DNA of 20,000 bases from Vicugna vicugna (Eukaryota). Positions 1 to 10,630 of the stretch are shown piece by piece; position 1 is the stretch's first letter; each line of letters opens with the position of its first letter. The stretch is taken from positions 123,339-143,338 of the forward strand of contig MU057555.1 of assembly GCA_013265495.1 (NCBI GenBank), written 5' to 3'. The notes beneath the pieces were generated by a model. The model saw only the letters and a list, made by a program, of their open reading frames with translations, was not told the DNA's origin and made no database searches. Position numbers and translations under genes: made by a program.

Positions 1-584
1 AAATCCCAGGATCCCTGGGGCTTGGCTGGACCCGGCCAGGGGACCCAGGCATCTCAGGTGAATCCAAAGTACAGCTATGTTTGCCAGCCACTGTTCTAAC
101 TGTGCTGCAGGGTTAGCCAGAGGTCACACCCCCTGAGCCAGTTCCCTCATTGGTGGGAGCCTCCGTTTCCCTCAGTTTAAGAGGTTCTCCCAAGGGCTCG
201 ACAGGAACACAGGGTGGTCCTAAGGGGCTGGAGTGAGTGAGCCAAGCCCAGAGTCTTGGAAACGCTCTGCTCTTCCTTGGAGCCTTGGGAGGACACGTTG
301 GGGAATTAGGTGCTATGTTAATTGAGATTTCATGCAAAGTGCCCTCTGTTTACAGAGCTAACCTGAGAAGCATCCTCAGAAGATTCTGTGAGTCTCCGAA
401 GGGCCCCTGGAGACTTGCATCCAACCCTAGGGGCTTCTGGTTTGTTACAGACCAGGTAACACACCCTGTTCTAAGAAGAGACGGTGTGTGTTGGTACTTA
501 CTGCCAGCTGGCTGCTTGGCTGGGTTCCTTCTACCTATTCCCTTAGTTAACCCCCACTTAGAGGCTGGGTCAGAATTAAAGTAG

Positions 585-650
585 CACTTTCACTAGTCCT
601 ATTTTATAGATGAGGGAATTGAGGCACAGAGCAAACATGTCTAGTAAAGC
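585..650 (-). mobile_element. MIR SINE fragment
   Basis: cctattttatagatgagggaattgaggcacagag resembles the MIR core. Confidence 0.7.
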
Positions 651-1278
651 CAAGTCCATTGGTTTTCTTTCTCTCCTAGATTTGGGGGTGGGTAGGGATC
701 TTTGTCCAGGCCAGTGGACTTTTGCTTATATATACCCAGGAGCTTATCTCTGCTTCCCAGATAAGGAAAGAGAGCTCAGGGTGGTGAGATCCATGGCCTG
801 GGTGTCCCTGTCACCACTGGGTGGCCTTTTCTCTCTCTCTCCTGGCATCACCCACTGGCTTCGCCCACCAGCTCCCTTCTTCAGTTTTTTCCGACCCACT
901 TGCTGGGTGATTCTGTACCATCTTTTCTCCTGTTTCCTCTGGTGGAAACCTCCCTGGGGTCCAATTTGGGCAGGGTCAGCCCAGGGGCTTGATGAGGACC
1001 CAGTTGGGTTGGGGTTTTGTTGGGGTTTTTTTTTTGTTTGTTTTGTTTTTAGTGATCATTATTAACTGAGCAAATCCAAACCTCTAGACTAGAAAGGCAG
1101 CTGCCAGGGGCCCCCTTGCTGGTGTCTGGGACAGGAAATGGCTCACTGCTTCACCCTTAGAGTGGAGGGCGGGCTGGAAAGGCCATCAGAGGCCGCCTTC
1201 CCTGTTAGGGCGTTTTTGAGGCCATGGGGGCCTGGGCCTTAGCTTAGCATCTGGGGCCTGGGCTCCAGGCCAGCCCCC

Positions 1279-1360
1279 CACACACACACACAACTAGCCT
1301 CCACCTGAGGCCCCTTCCCCTCTCTCCCCTCCCTCCTCTCCTCCCCTCCCCTCCCCTCCC
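1279..1360. repeat. (CA)7 followed by a C/T-rich low-complexity tract
   Basis: CA repeat at 1279-1292; pyrimidine-only ccctc-like tract at 1311-1362. Confidence 0.8.
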
Positions 1361-2175
1361 CTGCTGAGGCCCGCCCTCCGGAATGAAACTTGTCCTGGCT
1401 TAGAGCCACCAGGAAGGCCAGAGCAAGCCTGCAATTACTCACTGCCGGCTCCCTGCCGGCTGTGGCTCTTAGACTCTGTGTGGGGTGGGGGTGGAGCTCT
1501 TCCCCCTCGGGCTGTGGGCCCCATGGGTTCAGGAGCAGCGATCAAGTCTGCAGTACTGAGTTCCAGGAGGTCCCCTCAGACACTGCCTGATAAACAGATC
1601 CTGGGATTTTCAAAGTGTTGTCACGTTGTTTGGGCAGGCATTCCCATCAGAAAGGGGTGGGTGTCAAGCCAGGTCTGAAAGAGAAACCAAAGCTGTGCGA
1701 AGGGCCCCCCAGCCCCTGCCCCGGGACCTCCAAAGACTTCCTTTTAGCCAAAGACTTCCCCTCTCCTTGCTTTGCTTTGTATTTTAGGCCACTGCCAAGG
1801 AGATGGAGTCACTGAGGAGGAGGCATATGAGAGTGGGACCCCTGGGGCCTCCGCAGTCAGCAGGCACTCATGTGTCTGTCTCTGCAGCCTGAGCATCCTC
1901 CCGCCTCCTCTGGCCTCCCTCCCTTCTCCCCAGGCTTGTCGCTCTTTCTCACCGCTCTGGACATCTGTGGGAGGGGTGAGGACATAGTTGTTGCCCAATC
2001 TCCCAGAGGTTCCACTGTGACTAAAATCAGCCCTGTCCCTGAAGACTAGCGAGGCCAAAGTCAGGTTTTGCCCCCAGGGCCACATGTCCCAAGCTTGGAC
2101 CTGGGTTTCTGGTCAGACTGGGCAGGCTGGGCCTTCTCAACACCCTGAGCAGAGGCAGAGTCTAGGCCCAGTGGG

Positions 2176-2177
<2 letters not shown>

Positions 2178-2209
<32 letters not shown>
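2178..2209. repeat. (AC)16 microsatellite
   Basis: Perfect dinucleotide run. Confidence 0.97.
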
Positions 2210-2211
<2 letters not shown>

Positions 2212-2724
2212 CTCTGGGAAATTCTCTGCATGGCCCAGGTTCCGTCTGATTGTCCTGGATCACCCTAGTGTATCTGTCCTGGCTCTTAATGAATTTTCCT
2301 CCTTGCGGCTACCCAGTATTTCTGGAAGGCTGGGGAAAGATCCTCAGTTAGGACCATCCTCCTGCCAACCACCCCCGGCCCTGGCTCCTTGCTTCCTCCT
2401 CGAGACCAGCGTGATTTCTCCCCGAAAACTTCTCCAGCTCCTGTGGCACCAGAGCCCATCCTATCCCCTTGCTATGGCATCCGTGGTACCCAGAAGCCAG
2501 ATGGTCTTATGTCCCCTAATGTCCATTCCAGGTTCAGGCACTTCTGAGCTCAGTGAGAGTTTACTCAGCACCCCTGTGTCCCCCACATGCCCCGAGGCTG
2601 TGTGCCCCAGTAGCTCGTCCATTTCCCTGCCGTGACTCTGAGACAAGGAGTGACAGCCCTTGACCAGATTTGAGATTTGAACTCAGGTCCGTGGGAGACT
2701 TGAAGCACAAGATCTTAAGAAAGA

Positions 2725-2912
2725 CAATAATCATAACAGCTACTGCTTCCTAGTTTAGGCACTCTCCCCACGGAGTCCTCACCACAAAGCTTTATTACAT
2801 TGCTATCCTCATTCTACTTCGCAGAAACTGAGGCACAGGGAGGCTGAATAATTCGCCTGCTATAGTCTATACAGTGAAGAAGTGCCAGAGCCTGGATCGG
2901 AACCCAGGCATA
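2725..2912 (-). mobile_element. MIR SINE
   Basis: ...gaaactgaggcacagggaggctgaataattcgcc...gccagagcctggatcggaacccaggc resembles the MIR consensus. Confidence 0.75.
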
Positions 2913-2914
2913 TG

Positions 2915-3026
2915 CCACAGTTTCTGGACTCTTGACACTTGGGGTCTGATCGGTCTCGGGGGGCAAGGTGAGGACACCTGCTGCTTTGGAGGACGTTCAG
3001 TTGCAGTCCTGGCCTCCACCCACTAG
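2915..3026. mobile_element. MER20 (hAT-Charlie) left part, interrupted by an LTR
   Basis: cctggcctccacccactag matches the recalled MER20 consensus and continues after the LTR. Confidence 0.65.
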
Positions 3027-3626
3027 TATTACCCTTAAAACTGGGTTCACCTCTTGGTGGGTATTGAGCCAGAAGACACCATCAAGCCAAAGATCAGGAG
3101 AAGGGAGGATTTATTACTTGCAGCAAGGGAGGAGGTCGCCAGGGACCGTTCCCAAAGCAGTGTCTCCAAAACAGCAGAATTGGGGAAGTTTTAAGCTAAC
3201 GGTACATGCATATTCATGAAGGGCTTGAGCAGAGGAGAATTCAGCATCAAAATGGGGCAAAGGTCGACAGAGTCCAAGCTTTAGTTGACTGAAGTCAGGA
3301 GGGTCAACAGCATCATTCCATCCCCCACCTGGGGTGGTGGTGGGGAGCTTAGTTCCAGCAGAACCCAGACTATTAGATTGATATGTGCACCCTTGGGGAG
3401 GAAGGGACTCTGTTTTATCTGAACTATTGTTTCTTGACTGCTTTTCCTTTGTTCCTGCACTACCTCACTTCCTTTAAGATCAGTGATTACTGAGACCTGT
3501 TCAAGGGCCAGCAGTGTAGCCGAGCTGAGATCACAAAATGGCTTAGGCCAAAGTTGGCTTCTCTTATGTCAAGAAAGCCATGCCTGGTTCTCTTTTTCTG
3601 GGGACCCCCTACCCTATCTGCTTACA
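3027..3626 (-). mobile_element. Solo LTR of an endogenous retrovirus (probably ERV1 class), ~600 bp
   Basis: Minus strand starts TGTAAGCAG and ends ...GGTAATA (decayed CA terminus). TATA-like CTTAAAA at 3189-3195 and AATAAA at 3110-3115 lie in LTR order. It cleanly splits a MER20. Confidence 0.75.
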
Positions 3627-3725
3627 ATGAGGTACCAGAGCTCTTCCTCCTACAGTTGTGGCAACCAAAAATGTCCCCAGATATGGCTTCATGGTGGGGT
3701 AGGGTGAGGGGGCAGGCTTACCACG
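3627..3725. mobile_element. MER20 right part
   Basis: cagttgtggcaaccaaaaatgtccccagatatggc resembles MER20 cagttgtgacaaccaaaaatgtctccagacattgcc. Confidence 0.7.
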
Positions 3726-4654
3726 TACTTTTGACTGTCTTGCCTCTGTACATAAGTGCCTGCAAAGTATCGCTGTGTGTGTGTGTGTTTCCCCCAAAAC
3801 AGGTGTGGAGTACAACTGGAACCTTGGCTTGAGTCCTGGGGTTGGAGGTGATTGGCAGGTTCTGGCATTTGGGGGAGGGGTCAACAGAGCTGCCATTCTA
3901 GGCCTAGTAGCCAGTCCCTGATGGGTGGAGACAGGCAGTCCTCTTCTTCCTTCCTGGTTCCCAGGAGTGGGCAATGGCGGCAGCGGCTCAGGAGCCAGAG
4001 GGCGTGGGGAGCCCTGACCTGGCCTCCGGATTTACTGGGCGGGGGCCCGGGTGTGGGCTCTGAGGCCCAAGGGCCCTGTGGGTGTGAGAAGAAACCAGAG
4101 GCTAAAGTAGGTCTCCCCGCCCGCCTGCCTGCCGCCCTCAGGTCCCACCCAGCCCTGGCTCCAGGCCAGCGACTGCCAGAATGGTGACTCACAGATCTTC
4201 TGAGCCCAGGAGAGAAACAGGGTGCAGGGTCGGGCGGGGGGGTCACCCTCATCCCTCATCCTCAGCCTTCCCAGCATCCCCATCAGGACCAGGACCCTCG
4301 AGGCTGCATTTTATTCTCCCTGCATGACCCCCCATCCTCCCACCAGTGGGACTTTTTTTTTTTTTTTGGCACCATGCTAGGGCAGGAAGGCGGAAATGAG
4401 TGTGGGGCGTGGAACATCTCTGAGGTTGGAATATATTTAGGCCAGGATGAGAGTGTGTGTGGTGGGGAGCAGTCACGGGTGCTGGTCTGGCGGGCACAAG
4501 GAGTGAGCCAGTGTGGGGAGGCTCCCACCTCCTCCCTCTTAAAGACAGAGCTCCCTGGTTTCCCAGGGGGACCCAGGAAGCTGGAGGCAGAGTACAAAGG
4601 ACCAGTGGAGGCTCTAGAAGTGGAGACATGTTCTGCACAGCGCCAGACAGGATG

Positions 4655-4735
4655 CTTTACATCTGAAAACCCAAGAGACCCACAGAGGTTAAGTGACTTT
4701 CCCAAGGCTGCTCAGGAAAGAAGTGAAGGTACCAG
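4655..4735 (-). mobile_element. MIR fragment
   Basis: cagaggttaagtgactttcccaaggctgctcag is the MIR core. Confidence 0.7.
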
Positions 4736-4779
4736 AGTTTGCCTGCTGGTTGTGCTGGCTGCAAAGCGGGTGTGCCGTT

Positions 4780-4890
4780 GCCATATTCACGCATGCCGGC
4801 ATTCATCTGAGCAGCTCTTTATGCACAGACTAGCCTGTGTCAGACGCTGGACGCATGACTTGTGGGAAAGCCAGAGGTGAACTGGAGCAG
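4780..4890 (-). mobile_element. Degenerate L2 3' end
   Basis: cattcatctgagcagctctttatgcacagactagcctgtgtcagacgctgg resembles the reverse-complemented L2 tail. Confidence 0.4.
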
Positions 4891-5075
4891 TGGCCACATC
4901 TGCTCACCATCTCTGCACAGCCCTCGGGTTCAGAATGTTTTTTACATTTTGAAGCAGTTGAAAACAAAAGAGGAAATATTCCATGAAACGTAAAAATCAT
5001 ACGGAATTACAACTTCAGCCTTTGTAAATTACGTATACACAGTCACACCCATTCGTGTCCATATCATCTGGCTGT
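4890..5075 (+). mobile_element. MER58B (hAT-Charlie) fragment
   Basis: agaatgttttttacattttg...cacagtcacacccattcgtgtccatatcatctggctg matches the recalled MER58B. Confidence 0.65.
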
Positions 5076-6305
5076 TTTTTCTTTTTTTTTAAATTGAGTT
5101 AAAATCCATATAACAAAAAATTACAATCTTACCTATTTTTAAGTGTACAGATCAGTGGTATTAAATAAAAACGTTCATATTGTGCAACATTCACCCATCC
5201 CCACGACTTATTTATTTATTTGTTTGTTTGTTTATTGATGTATAATCTGTTTACAATGTGTCAATTTCTGGTGTACAGCACAATGCTTCAGTCATATAGG
5301 AACATACATATATTTGTTTCCACATTCTCTTTCACCATAAGTTACTATGAGATATTGAATACAGTTCCCTGTGCTATACAGTATAAACTTGTTTATCTAT
5401 TTTGTATACATTAGTTAGTATCTGCAAATCTCAAACTCTCCACTTATCCCTTCCCACCCCTCACCCCATAACCATAGGTTTGTTTTCTATGCCTGTGCCC
5501 ATGACTCTTGTAAATCTGAAACTCTACACTTATTAAGCTATAACTCTCCCTTTTCCCCTCCCCCTGCCCATACCAGCCACCATTTTACTTTCTATCTCTA
5601 TGATTTTGGCTAATCTAAGTGCTTCATATTACTGGAATCAAACAGTATTTGTCTTTTTGTGACTGGCTTCTATCACTCAACATAATGTCCTCAAGGTTCA
5701 TCCATGTTGTGACATGTGTCAGAATTTTTTTCTTTTTTTTTCAGATTTCAATGTCATCCTTTAGGGTTTTTCTTAGGTGTAGTATATAGTCAGTTCACAA
5801 TGTTGTGTCAGTTTCTGGTGTACAGCATAATGTTTCAGTCATACATATGTAAACATGTATTCATTTTCATATTCTTTTTCATTATAGGTTACTGCAAGAT
5901 ACTGAATATAGTTCCCTGTGCTATTCAGAAGAGACTTGTTGTATATCTATTTCATATAAAATTTCCTTCCTTTTTAAGGCTGAACAACATTCCATTGGAT
6001 GGATGGGCCACATTTTGGTAACCCAGTCATTCACTGATGGACACTTGGGTTGCTTCCATATTTTTGGGTATTGTGAATAATACTCCTATGCACTTGGGGG
6101 TACAAATAGGCCCTCAAAACCCTCCTTTCAGTTCTTTTGGGTATACACCTAGAAGTTGAATTGCTGGGTCATGTGGTGATTCCACTGTTCATTTTTTGAA
6201 GCCCCTCCCTACCGTTTTCCACAGCAGCTCTTCCGTTTTACATTCCCACCAATGATGCACAAGGGCTTCAGTTTCTCCACATCTCCTTCAACACCTGTTG
6301 TTTTC
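5076..6305 (-). mobile_element. Old L1 (L1MB-like) 3' region carrying two younger nested L1 3' tails (5209-5497 and ~5728-5957)
   Basis: Poly-T start and typical L1 3'UTR/ORF2-end sequence (gatggacacttgggttgcttcca, gaattgctgggtcatgtggt). The first insert is flanked by cccacgact (5200-5208) and cccatgact (5498-5506). Confidence 0.85.
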
Positions 6306-6467
6306 TGTTTTTGTTGTTGTTGTTTGTTTGTTTGTTTGGGAGGGAGGTAACTAGCTTTATTTATTTATTTGTTTTTATTTATTTATTTAATGGAGGTACT
6401 GGGGATTGAACCCAGGACTTCGTGCATGCTAAGTATGCGCTCTACCACTGAGCTACACACTCCCTCC
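6306..6467 (-). mobile_element. tRNA-Ala-derived SINE (camelid Vic-1-like)
   Basis: Reverse complement has a tRNA-Ala(AGC)-like head with A and B boxes, an (AAAT)n linker and an A-rich tail. Confidence 0.9.
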
Positions 6468-6845
6468 AAGTCACTCATTGTAAGTATTGTGTGCATCTGC
6501 TTCTGCTTTGGCTTCAAATCAAAGGACTTACCAGGGTGCGGGGTGGGAGGCAGTGAAGTGCAGGAGTGCAAGTAAGGATTAATGGTGTTAATCCTCTTCT
6601 CCTACCAGGCTACTGGGCTTCGTGCTACCTCCCAGCCATGTGTGCACTAGTGGATGTGGCCTCCAGGCTGTGGTGAGGGTGACTGCTTCGTATCTGCCCA
6701 TTGGAGGCAGGAGGGCACCAGGTTCATGAGTCCTTTGGGTGATAACAGGGGTGGCTGGGGAAAGAGGGCAATTGATATCCACAGTGGGTCATCTTATCCT
6801 ACTGATTCTTAACATCTTCCTCTGCTGAGGTCACCCTTTGGTGAG

Positions 6846-7209
6846 TGTCTTACTCTGTTCAGGCTGCTACAACAAAAATACCATAGACTGGGTGGCTTGT
6901 AAACAACAGACATTTATTTCTCACAGTTCTGAAGGCTGAAAGTCCAAGATCAAGGCTGAAAGCCGGCAGATCTGGTGTCTAGTGAGAGTCTGCTTTCTGG
7001 ATCGTAGATGGTATCCTCATGTAGGGAAGGGACTAGGGAGCTCTCTGGATTATCTTTATAAGGGCACTAATCCCATTCATGAGGGACCCACCCTCATGAC
7101 CTAATTCCCTCTGAAGGCCCCACCTCCTCATATCATCTCCTTGGGGGTTAGCATTTCAACATACGATATTTTTTTTTTTGAGGGGGACACAAACATTTAC
7201 ACTGTAGTA
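6846..7209 (-). mobile_element. MLT1A/MLT1A0 MaLR solo LTR
   Basis: Characteristic ataccatagactgggtggctt...aagggcactaatcccattcatgaggg; perfect 5-bp TSD GTGAG at 6841-6845 and 7210-7214. Confidence 0.92.
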
Positions 7210-7368
7210 GTGAGCATCTAGGTTTTTAAAAACTGTTATTTTTGTAAGGGTAGTGTAAACCTGCACTGTTATAAGCAAAAGATCACATGGTACAGAGCTC
7301 TGCTACACTACCTGCTGCCTATTTCTGCTGAGAGTTAAGAACAACTTTTTCAGGAAAAAAAAAAGAGT

Positions 7369-7512
7369 GGGGAGGGTATAGCTCAGGGTAGAGTGCATGC
7401 TTAGCATGCATGAGGTCCTGGGTTCAATCCCCAGTACCTCCACTTAAAAAGAATACATAAAAAATAAAAATAATAAATAAACCTAATTATCATCCCCCTG
7501 AAAAAAAAAAAA
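7369..7512 (+). mobile_element. tRNA-Ala-derived SINE (Vic-1-like)
   Basis: ggggagggtatagctcagggtagagtgcatgcttagcatgcatgaggtcctgggttcaatccccagtacctcca, then an A-rich linker, aacctaattatcatccccc and a poly-A tail. Confidence 0.92.
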
Positions 7513-7588
7513 GACCTATTTATTTTCAAATGGCTGGAAAAGTTTTTCATGACTTGAAAATGATCTGCAATGCAAATTTCAGCGTCCA

Positions 7589-7900
7589 AGGGCCCAGGGT
7601 GGGGGGGATGTTGTCAGAGGGTACAAACTTGAAATGAGTAGTAAATACATCCTAGAGCTTCACAGAGGCATGGAGGTGTAAATACAGACAGCAATGCTGT
7701 GCTACAATCATCAGACTTGCTAAGAGAATTGAGCTTAATTTTTCCCACCACTAAAAGGAAATGATGATTCAGTAAGGCGAGAGAGGTGCTAATTACGGAT
7801 ACAATGGCGATCATATAACAATATATAAACGTATCAGATTATTACGTTGGACACCTTAAATTTACACAATGTTATATGTCAAACTTATTTCAATAAAAAA
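7589..7900 (+). mobile_element. 5'-truncated L1 3'UTR tail (L1MA-like)
   Basis: Ends cacaatgttatatgtcaaacttatttcaataaaaaa, a typical L1 terminus with AATAAA and A tail. Confidence 0.8.
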
Positions 7901-8619
7901 GGTCAGGGTCTATAAATAAAATTTTATTGACACACAGCTGTGTTCACATTCATTTATCTGTTATCTGGGGCTGTTTTTATGTGAGGAGGCAGAATTGAGT
8001 CCTTGTGACAGAGGCACCCTGGCCCTCAAAGCAGAAAATATTTCCCATCTGGCCCTTTGTGGAAGTTTGCAGACCCCTGCTCTAAGGGGCTGGGGTCATG
8101 AATGTCACCCTGATGCTGACTAGGAGCTTCCCTGGGATGTTTGCTTGTTGGCACAGCAAAGATGTGGCTGGGAGCTGGGGTTGGAGTGGAGGGGGCACAA
8201 GGACATGCTCAGGACTGATGAATAACACTGGGGAGGGGAGGATGGGCTGCCCCCAGGGGGAGGGGGCCTTTGGGTCTTCGAGATGGAGTGGGGCTGAGCC
8301 CTGGGGTGAGCAGGCTGGTGGTGGGGACACAGGAGCAGAGACAGGCAGGCGGGACATGCCTCCAGTAATGGCCCTACCCTGGTCTGGCAGATGGGACAGA
8401 ACCATCTTGTGAACCACCTCCCATCTAACCAGTCATGGGGTCCCATGTCCTGTCTCTGTGTTTCTCCGTTTTTTTTCTGTCTCATCCTCCAAGCCCTGCC
8501 CTGGTGCCATCATCTGTCACTGCCTTGGGTCTGGATATGTGCCCCGCCTCCCTCAGCTGGTCTCCCTGCCCTTTCATCTCTTTTCTCAGCACAGCCAGTG
8601 AACTTAACTTTCCTTTCCC

Positions 8620-9725
8620 TTTCTTTCTTTCTTTCTCTTTTTTATTGAGACAAAATACATGTAACATAAAATTATTAACCATTTTATTTTATTTTTGAAG
8701 TTTTTTTTAATTTAACTTTTTTATTGAAGTATAGTTGATTTACAATGTTGTATTAGTTTCTGGTGTACAGCATGGTGATTCAGTTATATTATATATATAT
8801 ATATATATATTCATTATAGGTTATTATAAGCTATTGAATATAGTTCCCTGTGCTATACACTAGGTCCTTATTGTTTATCTATTTTATGTGTAGTAGTTTG
8901 TATCTGTAATCCCAAACTCTTAATTTATCCTACCCCGTGTTTCCTCTTTGGTGACCATAAATTTGTTTTCTATGTCTGTGAGTCTCTTTCTGTTTTATAA
9001 ATAAGTTCATTTGTGTCTTTTTTTTTAGATTCCACATATACACTTCATGATATTTGTCTTTTCCTGTTTGACTTACTTCACTTTGTATGATCATCTCTAG
9101 GTCCACTCATGTTGCTGCAAATGGGATTATTTCATTCTTTTTTATGGCTGAGGAGTATTCCACTGTATATATGCCACATCTTCTTTATACAGTCATCTGT
9201 TGATGGACATTTAGGTTGCTTCCATGTCTTGGCTGTTGTAAATAGTGCTATTATGAATGCTGGGGTGCATGTATCTTTTTGAATTAGAGTTTTCTCCAGA
9301 TATATGCCCAGGAATGGGATTGCTGGACCATATGGTAATTCTATAAAATTAACCATTTCAAAGTGTACAATTCTCTGGCATTAGGACACTCACAATGCAC
9401 CTCCAGAACATTTCCATCACCCCAAGAAACCCGGAAGACCCACTGGCCGTCACTCCCACTGTCCCACCTCCAGCCCCAGGAAACCACCAGTCTGTTTTCT
9501 CTCTCTATGGATTTCCCTATTTTGGACGTTTTGTATCAATGGAATCATACACTATGTAGTCTTTCGTGTCTGGCTTATTCCAGTTAGCCTATTTTTGAGA
9601 TTCATCCAGTTGTAGCACGTATCAAAGGTCCAATCCTTTTCCGGATGACGCTCCGTTGTACACAAATACCACAGTTGTTCATCGTTCATCTGTTGCTGGA
9701 CATATGGCGCTGTTTCCACCTTAAC
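8620..9725 (-). mobile_element. Old L1 (L1MB-like) 3' end containing a younger L1 fragment (8685-9342) with an ORF2 C-terminal remnant
   Basis: ORF 9132-9356 encodes ELPYGPAIPFLGIY...CTPAFIIALFTTAKTWKQPKCPSTDD, an L1 ORF2p C-terminal motif. TSD core attaaccattt at 8674-8684 and 9348-9358; (AT)n at ~8790-8810. Confidence 0.9.
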
Positions 9726-10165
9726 CGATGACATAAACATATATAACATAAATGTTACCATTTTAACTATTTATTTTTTACTTTTTAAAATACACGTAAG
9801 ATTTTCCATTCTACTCTGTTTTTGTATTTCTACTTTCTGTTTTGTTTTTTTTTTAACTGGGAGGTAATTAGGTTTATTTATTTGTTTTAATGGAAGGACT
9901 GGGGACTGAACCCAGGACCTCCTGCATGCTAAGCACACACTTTACCAATTGAGCTATACCCTCCCCACTCAGTCTGCTCGTTTTTAAGTGAAAGTTCAGT
10001 GGCTTTACGTACAGTTACATTGTCACACAAACATCACCACCATCCACCCCAGAAAACTTTCCAACTGAAAATTCCAAACTGAACCTCTGTCCCCGTTAAG
10101 CAATAATTCCTCGTTTCCCTCACCCCAGCCCCTTGTAACCACTGTTCTTTCTGTCTCTTAAGTCA
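9726..10165 (-). mobile_element. Further L1 3' tail fragments, interrupted by a SINE
   Basis: tttttaagtgaaagttcagtggcttt...catcaccaccatcca...aaactgaacctctgtccccgttaagcaataattcc are L1MB-like terminal motifs. Confidence 0.7.
9843..9966 (-). mobile_element. tRNA-Ala-derived SINE (Vic-1-like)
   Basis: gggaggtaattaggtttattt...ggggactgaacccaggacctcctgcatgctaagc...gagctataccctcccc. Confidence 0.9.
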
Positions 10166-10179
10166 GTGAGCTTTTAGCA

Positions 10180-10630
10180 ATGGAAATCTGAGGATGCCAG
10201 CTCTTCTGAGCCTTCAGTGGCTCCCTACTGTTCTTAGGATAAAGGCCAAATTGTCCCCAGGAGGATGCACGTTGCATCTTGGTCCTCTCAGTATGTTCCT
10301 TCTCAAAGCTTCATTACTTCCTCTCCTCCCCTTCTCCCAGACTCTCGTCCTTCAGGTCTCGTGGACACCTTCCCTTCCCCTTCGGAGGAAAGTTGGCCTC
10401 TCTGCAGTCCTTTGGGCTGTTCCTTCACAGCGCACATGGTGGTTGTCATTCATTACTTCTGGGGCTTTTTTCTTCTTGGTTTGTTGATGTGCTCTCTGCC
10501 TCCTCCATCTGACTATGGGGTGTGCGGGTGGAACTGTGCCCCTTCTCCTCTGTGCTGTGCATCCCCGGCTCCTGACCTGTGCCTGGCACCCGGCTGGCGC
10601 CCTGTGTATAGTGGAAGGACTGGCAGGAAG
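10180..10630 (+). mobile_element. L2 3' region, degenerate
   Basis: ccttcagtggctccctactgttcttaggataaaggccaaa and catccccggctcctgacctgtgcctggcac resemble the L2a/b 3' end. Confidence 0.6.

Larger units (their letters stand above)
7293..8079 (+). mobile_element. MER58B split by a SINE (7369-7512) and an L1 3' tail (7589-7900)
   Basis: Colinear MER58B pieces at 7293-7355, 7515-7588 and 7901-8079, ending ...agtttgcagacccctg. Confidence 0.75.

Noticed and set aside
113..4880. Many 60-180 aa ORFs in the first 5 kb
   Set aside because: No recognisable homology. Several run through microsatellites, MIR, LTR or homopolymer tracts and overlap on both strands, as expected for random GC-rich DNA.
7369..7442. 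tRNA-Ala(AGC)-like sequence here and in four other copies
   Set aside because: Each has D-loop or acceptor-stem defects and continues into a SINE linker and poly-A tail, so these are SINE heads, not tRNA genes.
9132..9356. 74-aa ORF with recognisable protein similarity
   Set aside because: It is a remnant of the L1 ORF2p C-terminus inside a 5'-truncated element, not a host gene. The same applies to 13327-13518.
9516..9525. Perfect CArG box CCTATTTTGG
   Set aside because: It lies inside an L1 fossil with no supporting context and is probably chance.
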